From: Pachysolen tannophilus NRRL Y-2460
Lineage: Eukaryota
Assembly (NCBI GenBank): GCA_001661245.1
Contig: KV454012.1
Span: 2,034,418 to 2,098,417, forward strand
Reading direction: 5' to 3'
Length of the DNA stretch: 64,000 nucleotides
The notes beneath the pieces are model-generated. The model ran no database searches. It was not told the origin of the DNA and saw only the letters and a program-made list of their open reading frames with translations. Made by a program: the position numbers and the translations under genes. Below are positions 30,467-40,036 of the stretch, piece after piece. The first letter of the stretch is position 1. Each line of letters begins with the position of its first letter.

Positions 30467-32266
30467 TTAGTCAAAGAGACCAAAAATTCTATCGTTAGAT
30501 TTTCCGTCCAGATAACGGTTATCAACAATATTAACCAAGTAAAATTCATCGTGCAATTTACTTAATAACTCTCTAACTTCAGCATCTTCTTTACTGTCGC
30601 TATTATATAAACCTTGCCATTCATTGATAATCTTGAAAACTTCATCTTTCCAAGCTAAAAAGGAAATTTTTTCAACAATTGTTGGTTGTAATACTTCTGA
30701 TCCCGGGAAAACACCCCATGTAACTGCATTGATATCATCTTCTTTTGAGTTGGTGGATAATTCTCCTCTCGAGTTAACAGCGTAATATGTAAGACAGTTC
30801 CCTGTTTGAAACTCAGAGTTAATACTATCAATTTTCCTCAAGAGTTCTGGCAGTTTTGAAGCTGGACACAAGAATTCCAAATACATTTTTTGATAAACAT
30901 ATCCATTCTTTGGACCCCAACCATTAATTTTGTCAGATGAAGGTAAACCGTTAATACATGGTTGAGAATTAATAGAGTAATACCCTTTTTTGATAATATC
31001 AATCAACTCATTTACAATTGGGTTTGTTTCTGGCGAAATAGGATCATCAGACCATGGTAACGATTTTATTTCACCTTTTAAATACTTTATAAAAATATCA
31101 CTCAATTGTTCTTCCTTGGTAGGTCTACCCCACAATTCCAAAGTCTTTTTAGCAGAATGTCTGATTAACCCATTATGAAAAAGATCAACTTCCCCAAATG
31201 CAGGAGACCTTGAATCTCCCCATCTACCGTTAGGAAATTCATCCCAGTTGTTTGTTCTTTCAATATATGAAAATTTTCTATTTGCCCAGAAAATCGGCCT
31301 AACAGTTTCATTACTCCTTGTTGGATTCAAAGATTTTCTCCATGGAGTTAATTTATTACTATTAATATCCAAGTTTGGTTGTATCAAATTCAAATATTCC
31401 AAAACCATGATGGTCGATTTTTCTAAATTCATTGTATAGAAATGTAAATGATTAACGTATCCTGATTTCAATAATTTCAAACACATGTTGGAAACCAATT
31501 CACAACCTTTTAATCTAACTTTCAGGTCATCATCCTTAATCAATTCTAACTCTTTTAAAAAATTTTCAGGAACATTAATTTCACACCATTTAGCACGTCT
31601 CATAAAAGAGGCATAAGTGGCAATTGGCATAATACCAGGTATTATAGGTAAAGTGATGCCTTTAGCTCTAATTTTCTTGCACCATTCAATGAAAATATCA
31701 GCATTGTAGAACATTTGTGTCACAATGAAATCACCGCCACAATCTTGTTTTTCTTTCAAGAAATCAATCAACTTATCTGCATCTCCTTCTTCTGCGTGAC
31801 CTTCTGGGTAAGCTGCAACACCAATATTGAAATGATCACCGTATTTGGTCTTGATATATTTGATTAAATCTTTAGAATACTTAAAAGTACCGGTAGATTC
31901 AGATCCATCAATTGGTGGATCACCTCTAAGGGCCAAAATATTTTGACAACCACTATCGTATGCAGATTTTAGTGCGTTATCAATAACTTCTAATGACATA
32001 TTAGTACAAGTTAAATGCATACATGTTTCCAAACCCAAAACACTTTGAGAAGTGTTCACCATCTCAGTCGTTAAATTTGATAATACCCCACCTGCATTCC
32101 AAGTTATATCTATGAATTGGGGATTTAACTGATACATTCTATCCATTCTACTATACAAGTTTTGAACCCCTTGCGATGTTTTAGGAACAAAAAATTCAAA
32201 CGAAAAAGTAGCTGGCGGTGCATTTGAAACATCATGAGCCTTGTTTAATTTTTCTGTAATTTTCAT
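30467..32266 (-). CDS. MET13: Methylenetetrahydrofolate reductase
   Basis: Starts MKITEKL. Motifs SFEFFVPKTSQGVQNLY, NILALRGDPP, WDEFPNGRWGDSRSPAFG and NAVTWGVFPG. 599 aa. Confidence 0.94.
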   Translation of the reverse strand: MKITEKLNKAHDVSNAPPATFSFEFFVPKTSQGVQNLYSRMDRMYQLNPQFIDITWNAGGVLSNLTTEMVNTSQSVLGLETCMHLTCTNMSLEVIDNALKSAYDSGCQNILALRGDPPIDGSESTGTFKYSKDLIKYIKTKYGDHFNIGVAAYPEGHAEEGDADKLIDFLKEKQDCGGDFIVTQMFYNADIFIEWCKKIRAKGITLPIIPGIMPIATYASFMRRAKWCEINVPENFLKELELIKDDDLKVRLKGCELVSNMCLKLLKSGYVNHLHFYTMNLEKSTIMVLEYLNLIQPNLDINSNKLTPWRKSLNPTRSNETVRPIFWANRKFSYIERTNNWDEFPNGRWGDSRSPAFGEVDLFHNGLIRHSAKKTLELWGRPTKEEQLSDIFIKYLKGEIKSLPWSDDPISPETNPIVNELIDIIKKGYYSINSQPCINGLPSSDKINGWGPKNGYVYQKMYLEFLCPASKLPELLRKIDSINSEFQTGNCLTYYAVNSRGELSTNSKEDDINAVTWGVFPGSEVLQPTIVEKISFLAWKDEVFKIINEWQGLYNSDSKEDAEVRELLSKLHDEFYLVNIVDNRYLDGKSNDRIFGLFD

Positions 32267-32874
32267 TCTTTATAGTGATACCTTTTTTCCCTTACTTTTT
32301 GTTGTGTTTTTTTTTTTTTTTTCTTTAAAAACAAAAAAAAAAAAATAGCAAAACGTTCTTCTTTTTTTTTTTTGCAAGGTCTATATGACTGATTAGTTAA
32401 AAGTGAACGGAAGTTCTATAGTCAAATTTCTCTTTCACGTTATTATGTATGAGACAACACATAAACTGTCCAAAACAATAATTTTGAAAAAAAGACCTGA
32501 ACTCTGAAGTAAAGTCTAAATCAAGCTAGTAATCCAATAAAATAAAGAAATACTTAAAAATCTCAACATAAATTCAAAAAAAAAAAAAAAAAAAAAAAGA
32601 CTAAAATGAAAAATTTCCATCATCTCCATTCGTAAAGAAAAAAGAGCACATGTAAAGTTGGAGAAATTTTTTTGTTTTTTTTCTTTTTTTGGAAAAATAA
32701 AAGTTCTCCATACTGGAAACTTAAAACTTCTCCTACTTTTTGCAATGTGGAGAAGATAATGAAAATGTACCTCAATTTGGGCATCGCGGTAGTAGTTATT
32801 TATTACTTGATACAATTTTCCATTTTACAGAAATATGATTTTGTATTCAAAAAATTACCTAATGCCTACCAATT

Positions 32875-35151
32875 TTAAAAAATGAACCCAAGGTTTTCAT
32901 TTATTCCATCTCGAGATGTTAACATCTCTGATGGTCTGGTCATTGACAACTCGCTCAAATTTAAAATATCCCCTTGATTGTAGAAGTGATAATTTTCGTT
33001 GCTGTAATAATTATTATTACTTGTATTGTTGTTGTTACTGTTGCTATGGTTATATTTTGAAAATCTAATCTTTAATCCATTACCACTATTTCCTTCGCTA
33101 GGAAACTGATTATTTTCAATGTCATTGAAACTTCTTTCTTCACTTGTAGTAGTATTACCTGTATTATTCTCGTTATTAATATATGTATTATGAATATTCT
33201 CAGAAGAGGCGGTAATACCTTTCTTTTGTTTTGTCTTCATTTTCTTTAATGGCGTCATTGGTAATCCATGGAATACTTCCTCCACCAAATAGGTGGTATC
33301 AAATTCGGCATATGAATGATCTTGATTATTATCATTATTATTATTATTATTGTTGTTGTTATTGTTGTTGTTGTTGTTCTGGTTCTTAGTATGCAGATCG
33401 GTACTATTTGGAAGAAAAATTGATTTTGTAGGAGTAGAGCTTTCACAAGTATTTAACATATTTCCGTAATCGGTTGTCAACTGTTTTATAAGCTCAGCCA
33501 GATCTATAGCGGTATCATTATTATTATTGTTGTTGTTGTTATTGTTATTACTATGAATATTGTTAGTTCCATCATTGGCTTGTTCAAATGGAATTGTTTC
33601 GTATTTGTATGATCCAGTATTATGTTCCAGTGAAATCCCAAAATTGCCGTGGACGATATTTTCCATTTCTAATGGTGTGTTTGCAGCAAAATTCATGTCT
33701 CCTGGTAAGTTAGTTTCAGGAAAATACATTTGGGTTGATGATAACGGTGAATGCGGATAATGGTGTTGTATGAGTTCTGGAATTTTGGAAGAAAGATCAT
33801 GTTTATTAATAGTAGTTGTATCACCTTCGTTATTGCTCTTTTCAGTGGTTGATTTCTTCTTCTTTTGTTTAGGTGGTTTGGTGAACTTTTTATTATTCAT
33901 AAACATCTTGTTACTATTATTATTAATTTTTGATCGTTTACTTCCGCTTCCATTACTGCTACAACTACCGCTGCTATTACTATCATCGCTACTTTCTTCA
34001 TAACTAGTAGAATCATCCGGATTACTTTGTTGCCTTTTAATTTCATTTTCATATCCATCAGTTTTTTTCATATATTTTTTTCTTCTCAGATTTTTCGCTT
34101 TAACTGATTGGTAATTTGAAGGAGATCTTCCCCTAATTGTTAAAGGAGGAGTTTCAATACTTGCTAGACAAACATTTTCATCATTTTCCAAGACTCCAAC
34201 CAATTCAACGAAAAGCTTGAAATGTCTATGCAGTGAAGCTGGATTTCTATAATTGATAGATGAGGCAAATTGGATTCTTTCATAACGAGCTACCCTAATT
34301 ATATTATCAGTTGGATAAGAATCCAAGCACGAGGGCATTTTTGTATTTCCAGTACCAGTACTTGTACCAGTTTCAGTTTCAGTTTGAGTTTCAGTTTGTG
34401 CTTGTGTTTGAGTTTCAGTAGCAGTGGTAGTGGCAGTAGCGGTAGCATTAGCAGTATCAATACCAATACCAATACCAATACCTCCATTTGCTTTATCTAC
34501 AACATTGGCATTATTATTTTGAATTTCTCGTGAAGAATTTCTTTGGAAAAAAAAGATTTTGTTCAATTTTTTAATTTTTGCAGAATTTCTGATATTGGCG
34601 GCTTCTTTAATCAATTCATGATTAGGTAACTCCCCTGGTATTGCGGGATGAATTGGTGGCAGGAATTGAGGTCCTCTATCTCTTTTTGCTGTATGTTGAA
34701 TTAAGTTTACCTCAGAATTGTCTTCTGCGCATTTAGAAGTTAAACGTATGGCAAAATATTTAATACAAACTTTATTATAATTCTCATCGACTGTAAAGAA
34801 ACTTTCAGATATAAAATGTTCAAACATTAAATCTTGGAAATCATAAGCAGTAACTAATGTAAAATAATTTCTTTTATAACCAATCCAATCATTATTAGAT
34901 TGTTCAAATCCACGATCTATTCTCGCTCTTATAAAAGGGGTCACTAATTGACCAAAAGAGGTATAAATTGGTCTAGTTAACATTGTCTGACTAAACTGTG
35001 GACCAACTTTAAATTGTAAACCTGATCTGGGCGCTAATTTTTTTTTATCCGCTATACTAGTGGGATACTGTCCATGAACCACATTCACACTATTCGACTG
35101 TAATTCATTTACATTTTGGTGAAGTTGATGATCCGATAGGGCCACTGACAT
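32875..35151 (-). CDS. NDT80: Ndt80/PhoG-family transcription factor
   Basis: Motifs QFKVGP, RIDRGF, WIGYKRNYFTLV, LIQHTAKRDRGPQ, ARYERIQF and TPPLTIRGRSPSNY, with an Asn-rich C-terminus. Lies in the CIA2/EPT1/MSH1 neighbourhood, as YHR124W does. Confidence 0.9.
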   Translation of the reverse strand: MSVALSDHQLHQNVNELQSNSVNVVHGQYPTSIADKKKLAPRSGLQFKVGPQFSQTMLTRPIYTSFGQLVTPFIRARIDRGFEQSNNDWIGYKRNYFTLVTAYDFQDLMFEHFISESFFTVDENYNKVCIKYFAIRLTSKCAEDNSEVNLIQHTAKRDRGPQFLPPIHPAIPGELPNHELIKEAANIRNSAKIKKLNKIFFFQRNSSREIQNNNANVVDKANGGIGIGIGIDTANATATATTTATETQTQAQTETQTETETGTSTGTGNTKMPSCLDSYPTDNIIRVARYERIQFASSINYRNPASLHRHFKLFVELVGVLENDENVCLASIETPPLTIRGRSPSNYQSVKAKNLRRKKYMKKTDGYENEIKRQQSNPDDSTSYEESSDDSNSSGSCSSNGSGSKRSKINNNSNKMFMNNKKFTKPPKQKKKKSTTEKSNNEGDTTTINKHDLSSKIPELIQHHYPHSPLSSTQMYFPETNLPGDMNFAANTPLEMENIVHGNFGISLEHNTGSYKYETIPFEQANDGTNNIHSNNNNNNNNNNNDTAIDLAELIKQLTTDYGNMLNTCESSTPTKSIFLPNSTDLHTKNQNNNNNNNNNNNNNNNDNNQDHSYAEFDTTYLVEEVFHGLPMTPLKKMKTKQKKGITASSENIHNTYINNENNTGNTTTSEERSFNDIENNQFPSEGNSGNGLKIRFSKYNHSNSNNNNTSNNNYYSNENYHFYNQGDILNLSELSMTRPSEMLTSRDGINENLGFIF

Positions 35152-36034
35152 TCTATTTCCTAAATTTTCTTTTTTTTTTTCTTTTTTGTCTTCTTTTCCT
35201 TAATTGAAATTAAACCAATTATATAAATTTAAATTTAATATTTTGAAATTAAAATTAACATTAGATGATTTATAATTACAATTGACGATTCCATTGACTT
35301 TTAAACTTCTCAATTAAACATAACTTTGATAACAATTAGGTTAAAAACCTATGGGCGCTAAACAATTATTGATAGTAATTTGAATATTTATTATTTTTCT
35401 TTTTCTTTTTCTTTTTTTTTTTGGCCCCGTAGACATTTTCAAACTAACTTCCTATTATTTGATTCTGGCAAGGTAAACAAAGGGGAAAAAAGAGAAAAAG
35501 GGGAAAAGGACGAAAGAGGAAATAAAATTAAAGAAAAAAAGAAAAGAAAACTAGGAAAAACTTTACTTTGAAAGAAATTAAGTCCACAAACACGGAAAAA
35601 CAATATTCCATACGATGGGTTTTAAATTTTTTTGTTTTTTTAACTTTTTTTCATTTCTATATATTATGGTCTAGTCAGTACTAATCTAAGAACAATGATT
35701 AACAAGTCACATTATCTCTGAAGCTTTGTACAATACAATCCTTTCAAAAAAATTTTTTTTTTTTTCCTTTGCAGTTCTCACATTTCCCCTTTTATCGCCT
35801 CATCTACCTACCTACTTACACCTACCTCATCTGGGTCGTTCGTTATCTTATCAAAACTTTTTTAAGTTTTTTTTTTTCTGTAAAAAAATTTATTGTGCCG
35901 ATGCAAACGACTTTTGGTATCAGAAAGAACCAAAAAAAAAAAAAAAAAAAAAATTTTTCCGAAAAGGTGTAGGATGTTCTGTGTCTTCTAAGCCATTAAT
36001 AAGAGATGATGTAGGGTGTGAAAATTTGACTCTG

Positions 36035-36042
36035 CGAGCAAA
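36035..36042 (-). promoter_or_regulatory. Copper-response element TTTGCTCG upstream of MAC1
   Basis: cgagcaaa on the plus strand matches the Mac1 consensus TTTGC(T/G)C(A/G), about 250 bp before the MAC1 ATG. Confidence 0.45.
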
Positions 36043-36288
36043 TTATCCACCAAAAGAGGAACCTTTAAACAACAGTAAACTGCGAATTTCTAGACTAGCC
36101 TTTCTTATACTTGGGTATTATTGAACCATACAAAAAGAAGAATTAAAATATTGGTGTTAAGTTAATCATTATAGTATCTCTTTCGATCTACATTACAAAT
36201 TTTTTTTTTTTTATTTTTATCTATTTTTTTTTTTTTTTTAGAGTATTAATTCTCTTGGATGTTTAATACCTGAAAAATTTCCAAAACT

Positions 36289-38268
36289 ATGATTTTAGTG
36301 GATGGTGAAAAATATGCGTGTGTTCAATGTATAAGAGGACATAGATCGTCAACTTGTCAACATACCAAAAGGCCTTTGGTACAGGTGAGGTCTAGAGGGA
36401 GACCTATATCAGACTGTAATCATAGGGTCACGGTCTTTGCTGATCAACTGGAAGAGTCTCAAAGGAAGACGGAAAAACTTGATACAAATAATAGGAATTC
36501 TGGGGTACAGGGATATCAGAAACAGAATGGTATGGATTCTGGTAATAGTAATATTGGTGGATGTTGTCTGAAATTATCTTTACCTGTTCAAAAGATGGAT
36601 CTGAAAGATGAGTTGAAAGATGAGTTGATACAAGTGAAGCAAGAACAAAGTGAAACTGGATGTTGTTCCAATCAAGAGGGCGATAAGAAACTGGATTTTT
36701 GTTCTAGTAAATCATCTTCAAAAGATCCAACGGTTATAGTTCTTCGGGCTTCTAAAAGAGAACTTTATGAAGTTTCAAAAGGATCTTTGAACTTATTAGG
36801 TCCAGTAAATTCTGGAAATAGACATAGTCAAGGCTCTAAACAAAATTCAGATGGAAGTGTTCACAAAGTTAGACATGGTCCAAGATGTAGCTGTTGCGTT
36901 AAAAGTAAAATTGATTTTTCAGCATCGCTAAATACATTGAAATTTTATAATTCCAAAGGCTCTTCATTGAATGGAGGCTCTGTTAAACTGACTACAAATT
37001 CAACTGACCCTAATTTTTCCAATGTTTACAATAATTCAGAAGAATTAAGTATTCATGACAATAAGACTAATAATATCAATAATATTAATGATCATAATAA
37101 AAATGATAATTTTAACGAAAGCAATAATAACAGACACAAGGATAATATAAGTGAGATTAATGGGAAAGGTCCTCTGAAGTTAGATAATGATTGGCCATCT
37201 ATACAGAACCAGCAGGGTCAAACTCAATTAACTTTCCCAACGGTACCAAATGCTAAGACTTATGATTTATATTATGCAAACTACTGTACGCTTCCAGGAA
37301 CTTGTTTTTGCGGTGATGACTGTTCTTGTGAAAATTGTCTGGTTCATAGTAAGGACAATAACAAAAATAATACCCATATGGTTAGTAACAATAATAACAA
37401 TAATAACAATTATAACAATTATGACAATAATAACAATAATTATAACAACAATAATAGTGGCATTACGAGTCAAGAGAGAAATCAAGATATGATGAATTCT
37501 TCATCTTTTTTACAATTAGCAGGACAAGTTCAAATGCAACCCCTTTTCGATAATGATTTCAATAATCTGACTGCATTTCAACACCAGATACCTCAACATC
37601 AACGACAACAACATCACCGAGATGAACTATTTCTGGTGAATCTGGTGAATCGAGACCTGCAACAATCCATACAGTTTCTGCAACATCACCAACCACCACT
37701 CCAATTTCACACTTCAAATTTTTACCCCGTTTCTCAACCAGCTTCCCAGCAACAATACTTTCCGAGCCAAACACAGAACGAATTTAATAACATTCCTACC
37801 GTTTCTGCGGTTCCAAATAACACCAATTCTTACTCAATAAACTCTAAACAGGAATTGCAATTTCAACAAATGACCGATTGTATTTGTGCACCAGAAGAAT
37901 GTAGATGCTATAACTGTGAAAAACATGGAATTGTAAACGGTGTTCGAGTTTCAGATGGAATTAAAATTGTTTCCTCACCGTCTACAAATGATGGAAGTAG
38001 TTATGAAAACTCACCAGTATCTGAAGAAATATTACAACGGCAACAAAGGCAGCAGCAATTGAACATGATGAGCAATGTGTTTTTCAATAATTTGCCAATC
38101 GAAGAAGTGTATGAAATGATGGATGACTGCAGTTGCCCAGCTGACAGTTGTAGTTGTCCTAATTGCTTCAAGCATGGAATTATCAACAATGAAGTTGTCA
38201 ATTTTAATATGCCTCCTTTGCAGTACCTTAACTCGAGATCTAACAGAAATGCTAATTCAGATACTTAA
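36289..38268 (+). CDS. MAC1: Copper-sensing transcription factor Mac1 (copper fist)
   Basis: N-terminal copper fist KYACVQCIRGHRSSTCQHTKRPLVQVRSRGRP and CxC-x4/5-CxCxxCxxH repeats. Convergent with FMS1, as YMR021C/YMR020W are in S. cerevisiae. Confidence 0.88.
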   Translation: MILVDGEKYACVQCIRGHRSSTCQHTKRPLVQVRSRGRPISDCNHRVTVFADQLEESQRKTEKLDTNNRNSGVQGYQKQNGMDSGNSNIGGCCLKLSLPVQKMDLKDELKDELIQVKQEQSETGCCSNQEGDKKLDFCSSKSSSKDPTVIVLRASKRELYEVSKGSLNLLGPVNSGNRHSQGSKQNSDGSVHKVRHGPRCSCCVKSKIDFSASLNTLKFYNSKGSSLNGGSVKLTTNSTDPNFSNVYNNSEELSIHDNKTNNINNINDHNKNDNFNESNNNRHKDNISEINGKGPLKLDNDWPSIQNQQGQTQLTFPTVPNAKTYDLYYANYCTLPGTCFCGDDCSCENCLVHSKDNNKNNTHMVSNNNNNNNNYNNYDNNNNNYNNNNSGITSQERNQDMMNSSSFLQLAGQVQMQPLFDNDFNNLTAFQHQIPQHQRQQHHRDELFLVNLVNRDLQQSIQFLQHHQPPLQFHTSNFYPVSQPASQQQYFPSQTQNEFNNIPTVSAVPNNTNSYSINSKQELQFQQMTDCICAPEECRCYNCEKHGIVNGVRVSDGIKIVSSPSTNDGSSYENSPVSEEILQRQQRQQQLNMMSNVFFNNLPIEEVYEMMDDCSCPADSCSCPNCFKHGIINNEVVNFNMPPLQYLNSRSNRNANSDT

Positions 38269-38405
38269 ATGAAGCTTACGAATAAAAATTATAGATATAT
38301 ATATATCTTTTAGATTATTGGTCTTGTACATAGATAGTTATTAATGGGTTTGTTAATAAAAGTTTGCTTAATTTTTATGGGTAAACAGGTACACATTAAT
38401 CAAAA

Positions 38406-39881
38406 CTAAAACTCATCGTCTAAACTTCTTTCCATTAATCCTTTCTCAACCAACACATACCTAGCTTCTCTTTTACCTGATAACCATGCTCCGTGAACAG
38501 CACCAGCACCATTCAAAATTGTATGCTCTCCAGCAAATCTAATACTTCCAAAACCTTTTGATAGCTGTATAGCTAAATCCATTGGATCATCGCCTGGATA
38601 ACAAGCTGCATAAGAGCCTCTTGAAAAAGGATCAATTGTCCAGCTGGAGGAAATTATATTCACAGGATCTGGGGTATTTTGCTTCTCTCCATTTCCTACT
38701 TTTTCTTTGAATATCTTGGAAATAATTGGTTTCATATATTCCCATGATTTTGTAGGGTTTGCTTCCAAAAATTGAGTTAACTTGCCCTGTGTGAAAACTA
38801 AGAGACATGGGATCTGGTAAATTGAGTATAGATTTACAATTAATACTGGATATTTCCAGCAATTAGAGAAATCTGGAATTGTTTGCTTAAAACTGTTCAA
38901 ATCAGGTTTTATATTTTTTTGTAACATCTCATATATTTCATGATCTGGATCCGCTAAAGAAATAATTCTATCACTTTCATTTTCATCCCAGAAGAGCTTG
39001 TCAAATTCAAAAATAAATTTACCCAAAGAGCCAAAGTTCATTTTCTCTAAAGCTGTCACTATATTTTTCGGTAATTTAGGTTCCCATTCAATAGCACCTT
39101 TTTCTCCAGAAGAAGAAGGAAGTTGTAATATGCTTTGAGGAACTGTAACTATGCAGTAGTTACAGATATACTCATCATTGTCCTCTGTATAGATTGTAAT
39201 TTTGTTATTTTGACTATTTTTTTTGATTTTGACAACTACTGAAGTTTTATGCAAACAGTTTATTGGTAGTTGCTGAACAATCTTATCAATAACAGTTTTG
39301 TATCCATCTTTAATAAAACAATTCCTACCAACATTGTCAACCAAAGCATATTTGCTACTCATTGAATCCCAAGATACACCATGCCATAATTCTAAATGTC
39401 TCAATAATTGCGGAGAATAACATATTTGCTTTTCAGTCAAATATTTGCGTTTAGCATACAAATATTCAATAGCTGTTGTCTGTAGCGACTCATCTTTCAA
39501 ATCCAAATTCTCAAAATATCGTAATTCAATGTATTTGATCATCTCATCCGTAACTTGTTCAATCTTATCACGATTTTTCAAACTTACATTATCATCTGAC
39601 ACTATTACTGTCGGCTTACAATCATCATAATACAAATCATAAGTACCATCTTTGACAATTTCATCAAATAGCGGATTTGACAACGTATCATGGAACCAAC
39701 TTGCTCCAATGTCAACTTTTTGCTTACTAGTCTGGAGATCAACAGTTTTTAATCGTCCACCAAACCGGTCTCTAGCTTCCAATAGCTCAAACTTAACATT
39801 ATGAGAGTTTAAATCTTGCGCTGCTTTAAGTCCAGAAATACCTCCACCAATTATGACTACTTCCGTATCAATTATTGCCAT
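38406..39881 (-). CDS. FMS1: Flavin polyamine oxidase (Fms1/Cbp1)
   Basis: Motifs IIGGGISGLKAA, EARDRFGGR, DIGASWFHD, DPFSRGSY, RFAGEHT and GAVHGAWLSGKREA. First ATG is at 39881. Confidence 0.9.
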   Translation of the reverse strand: MAIIDTEVVIIGGGISGLKAAQDLNSHNVKFELLEARDRFGGRLKTVDLQTSKQKVDIGASWFHDTLSNPLFDEIVKDGTYDLYYDDCKPTVIVSDDNVSLKNRDKIEQVTDEMIKYIELRYFENLDLKDESLQTTAIEYLYAKRKYLTEKQICYSPQLLRHLELWHGVSWDSMSSKYALVDNVGRNCFIKDGYKTVIDKIVQQLPINCLHKTSVVVKIKKNSQNNKITIYTEDNDEYICNYCIVTVPQSILQLPSSSGEKGAIEWEPKLPKNIVTALEKMNFGSLGKFIFEFDKLFWDENESDRIISLADPDHEIYEMLQKNIKPDLNSFKQTIPDFSNCWKYPVLIVNLYSIYQIPCLLVFTQGKLTQFLEANPTKSWEYMKPIISKIFKEKVGNGEKQNTPDPVNIISSSWTIDPFSRGSYAACYPGDDPMDLAIQLSKGFGSIRFAGEHTILNGAGAVHGAWLSGKREARYVLVEKGLMERSLDDEF

Positions 39882-40036
39882 TGAGTTTACCAAATAAATA
39901 TTCTCTTTATCTTATTACAATCTCTAATGTTACTTACTTGAATATGAATATGAATTTATATATTATATATGAATTTATGGTGTAAAGATGTTCATTATAT
40001 CATTAATCACTATACATTTCTTTCTCTTATGATCAA

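Noticed and set aside
35152..35720. URS1/MSE meiotic elements in the NDT80 promoter
   Set aside because: Only partial matches (gggcgctaa, ccacaaac); no full consensus.
2560..38268. Putative metal/Fe-S gene cluster (FRE, MET18, CIA2, MAC1)
   Set aside because: The genes are dispersed among unrelated ones, and MET18, CIA2 and MAC1 each sit in their own ancestral neighbourhood. The co-location is probably coincidental.
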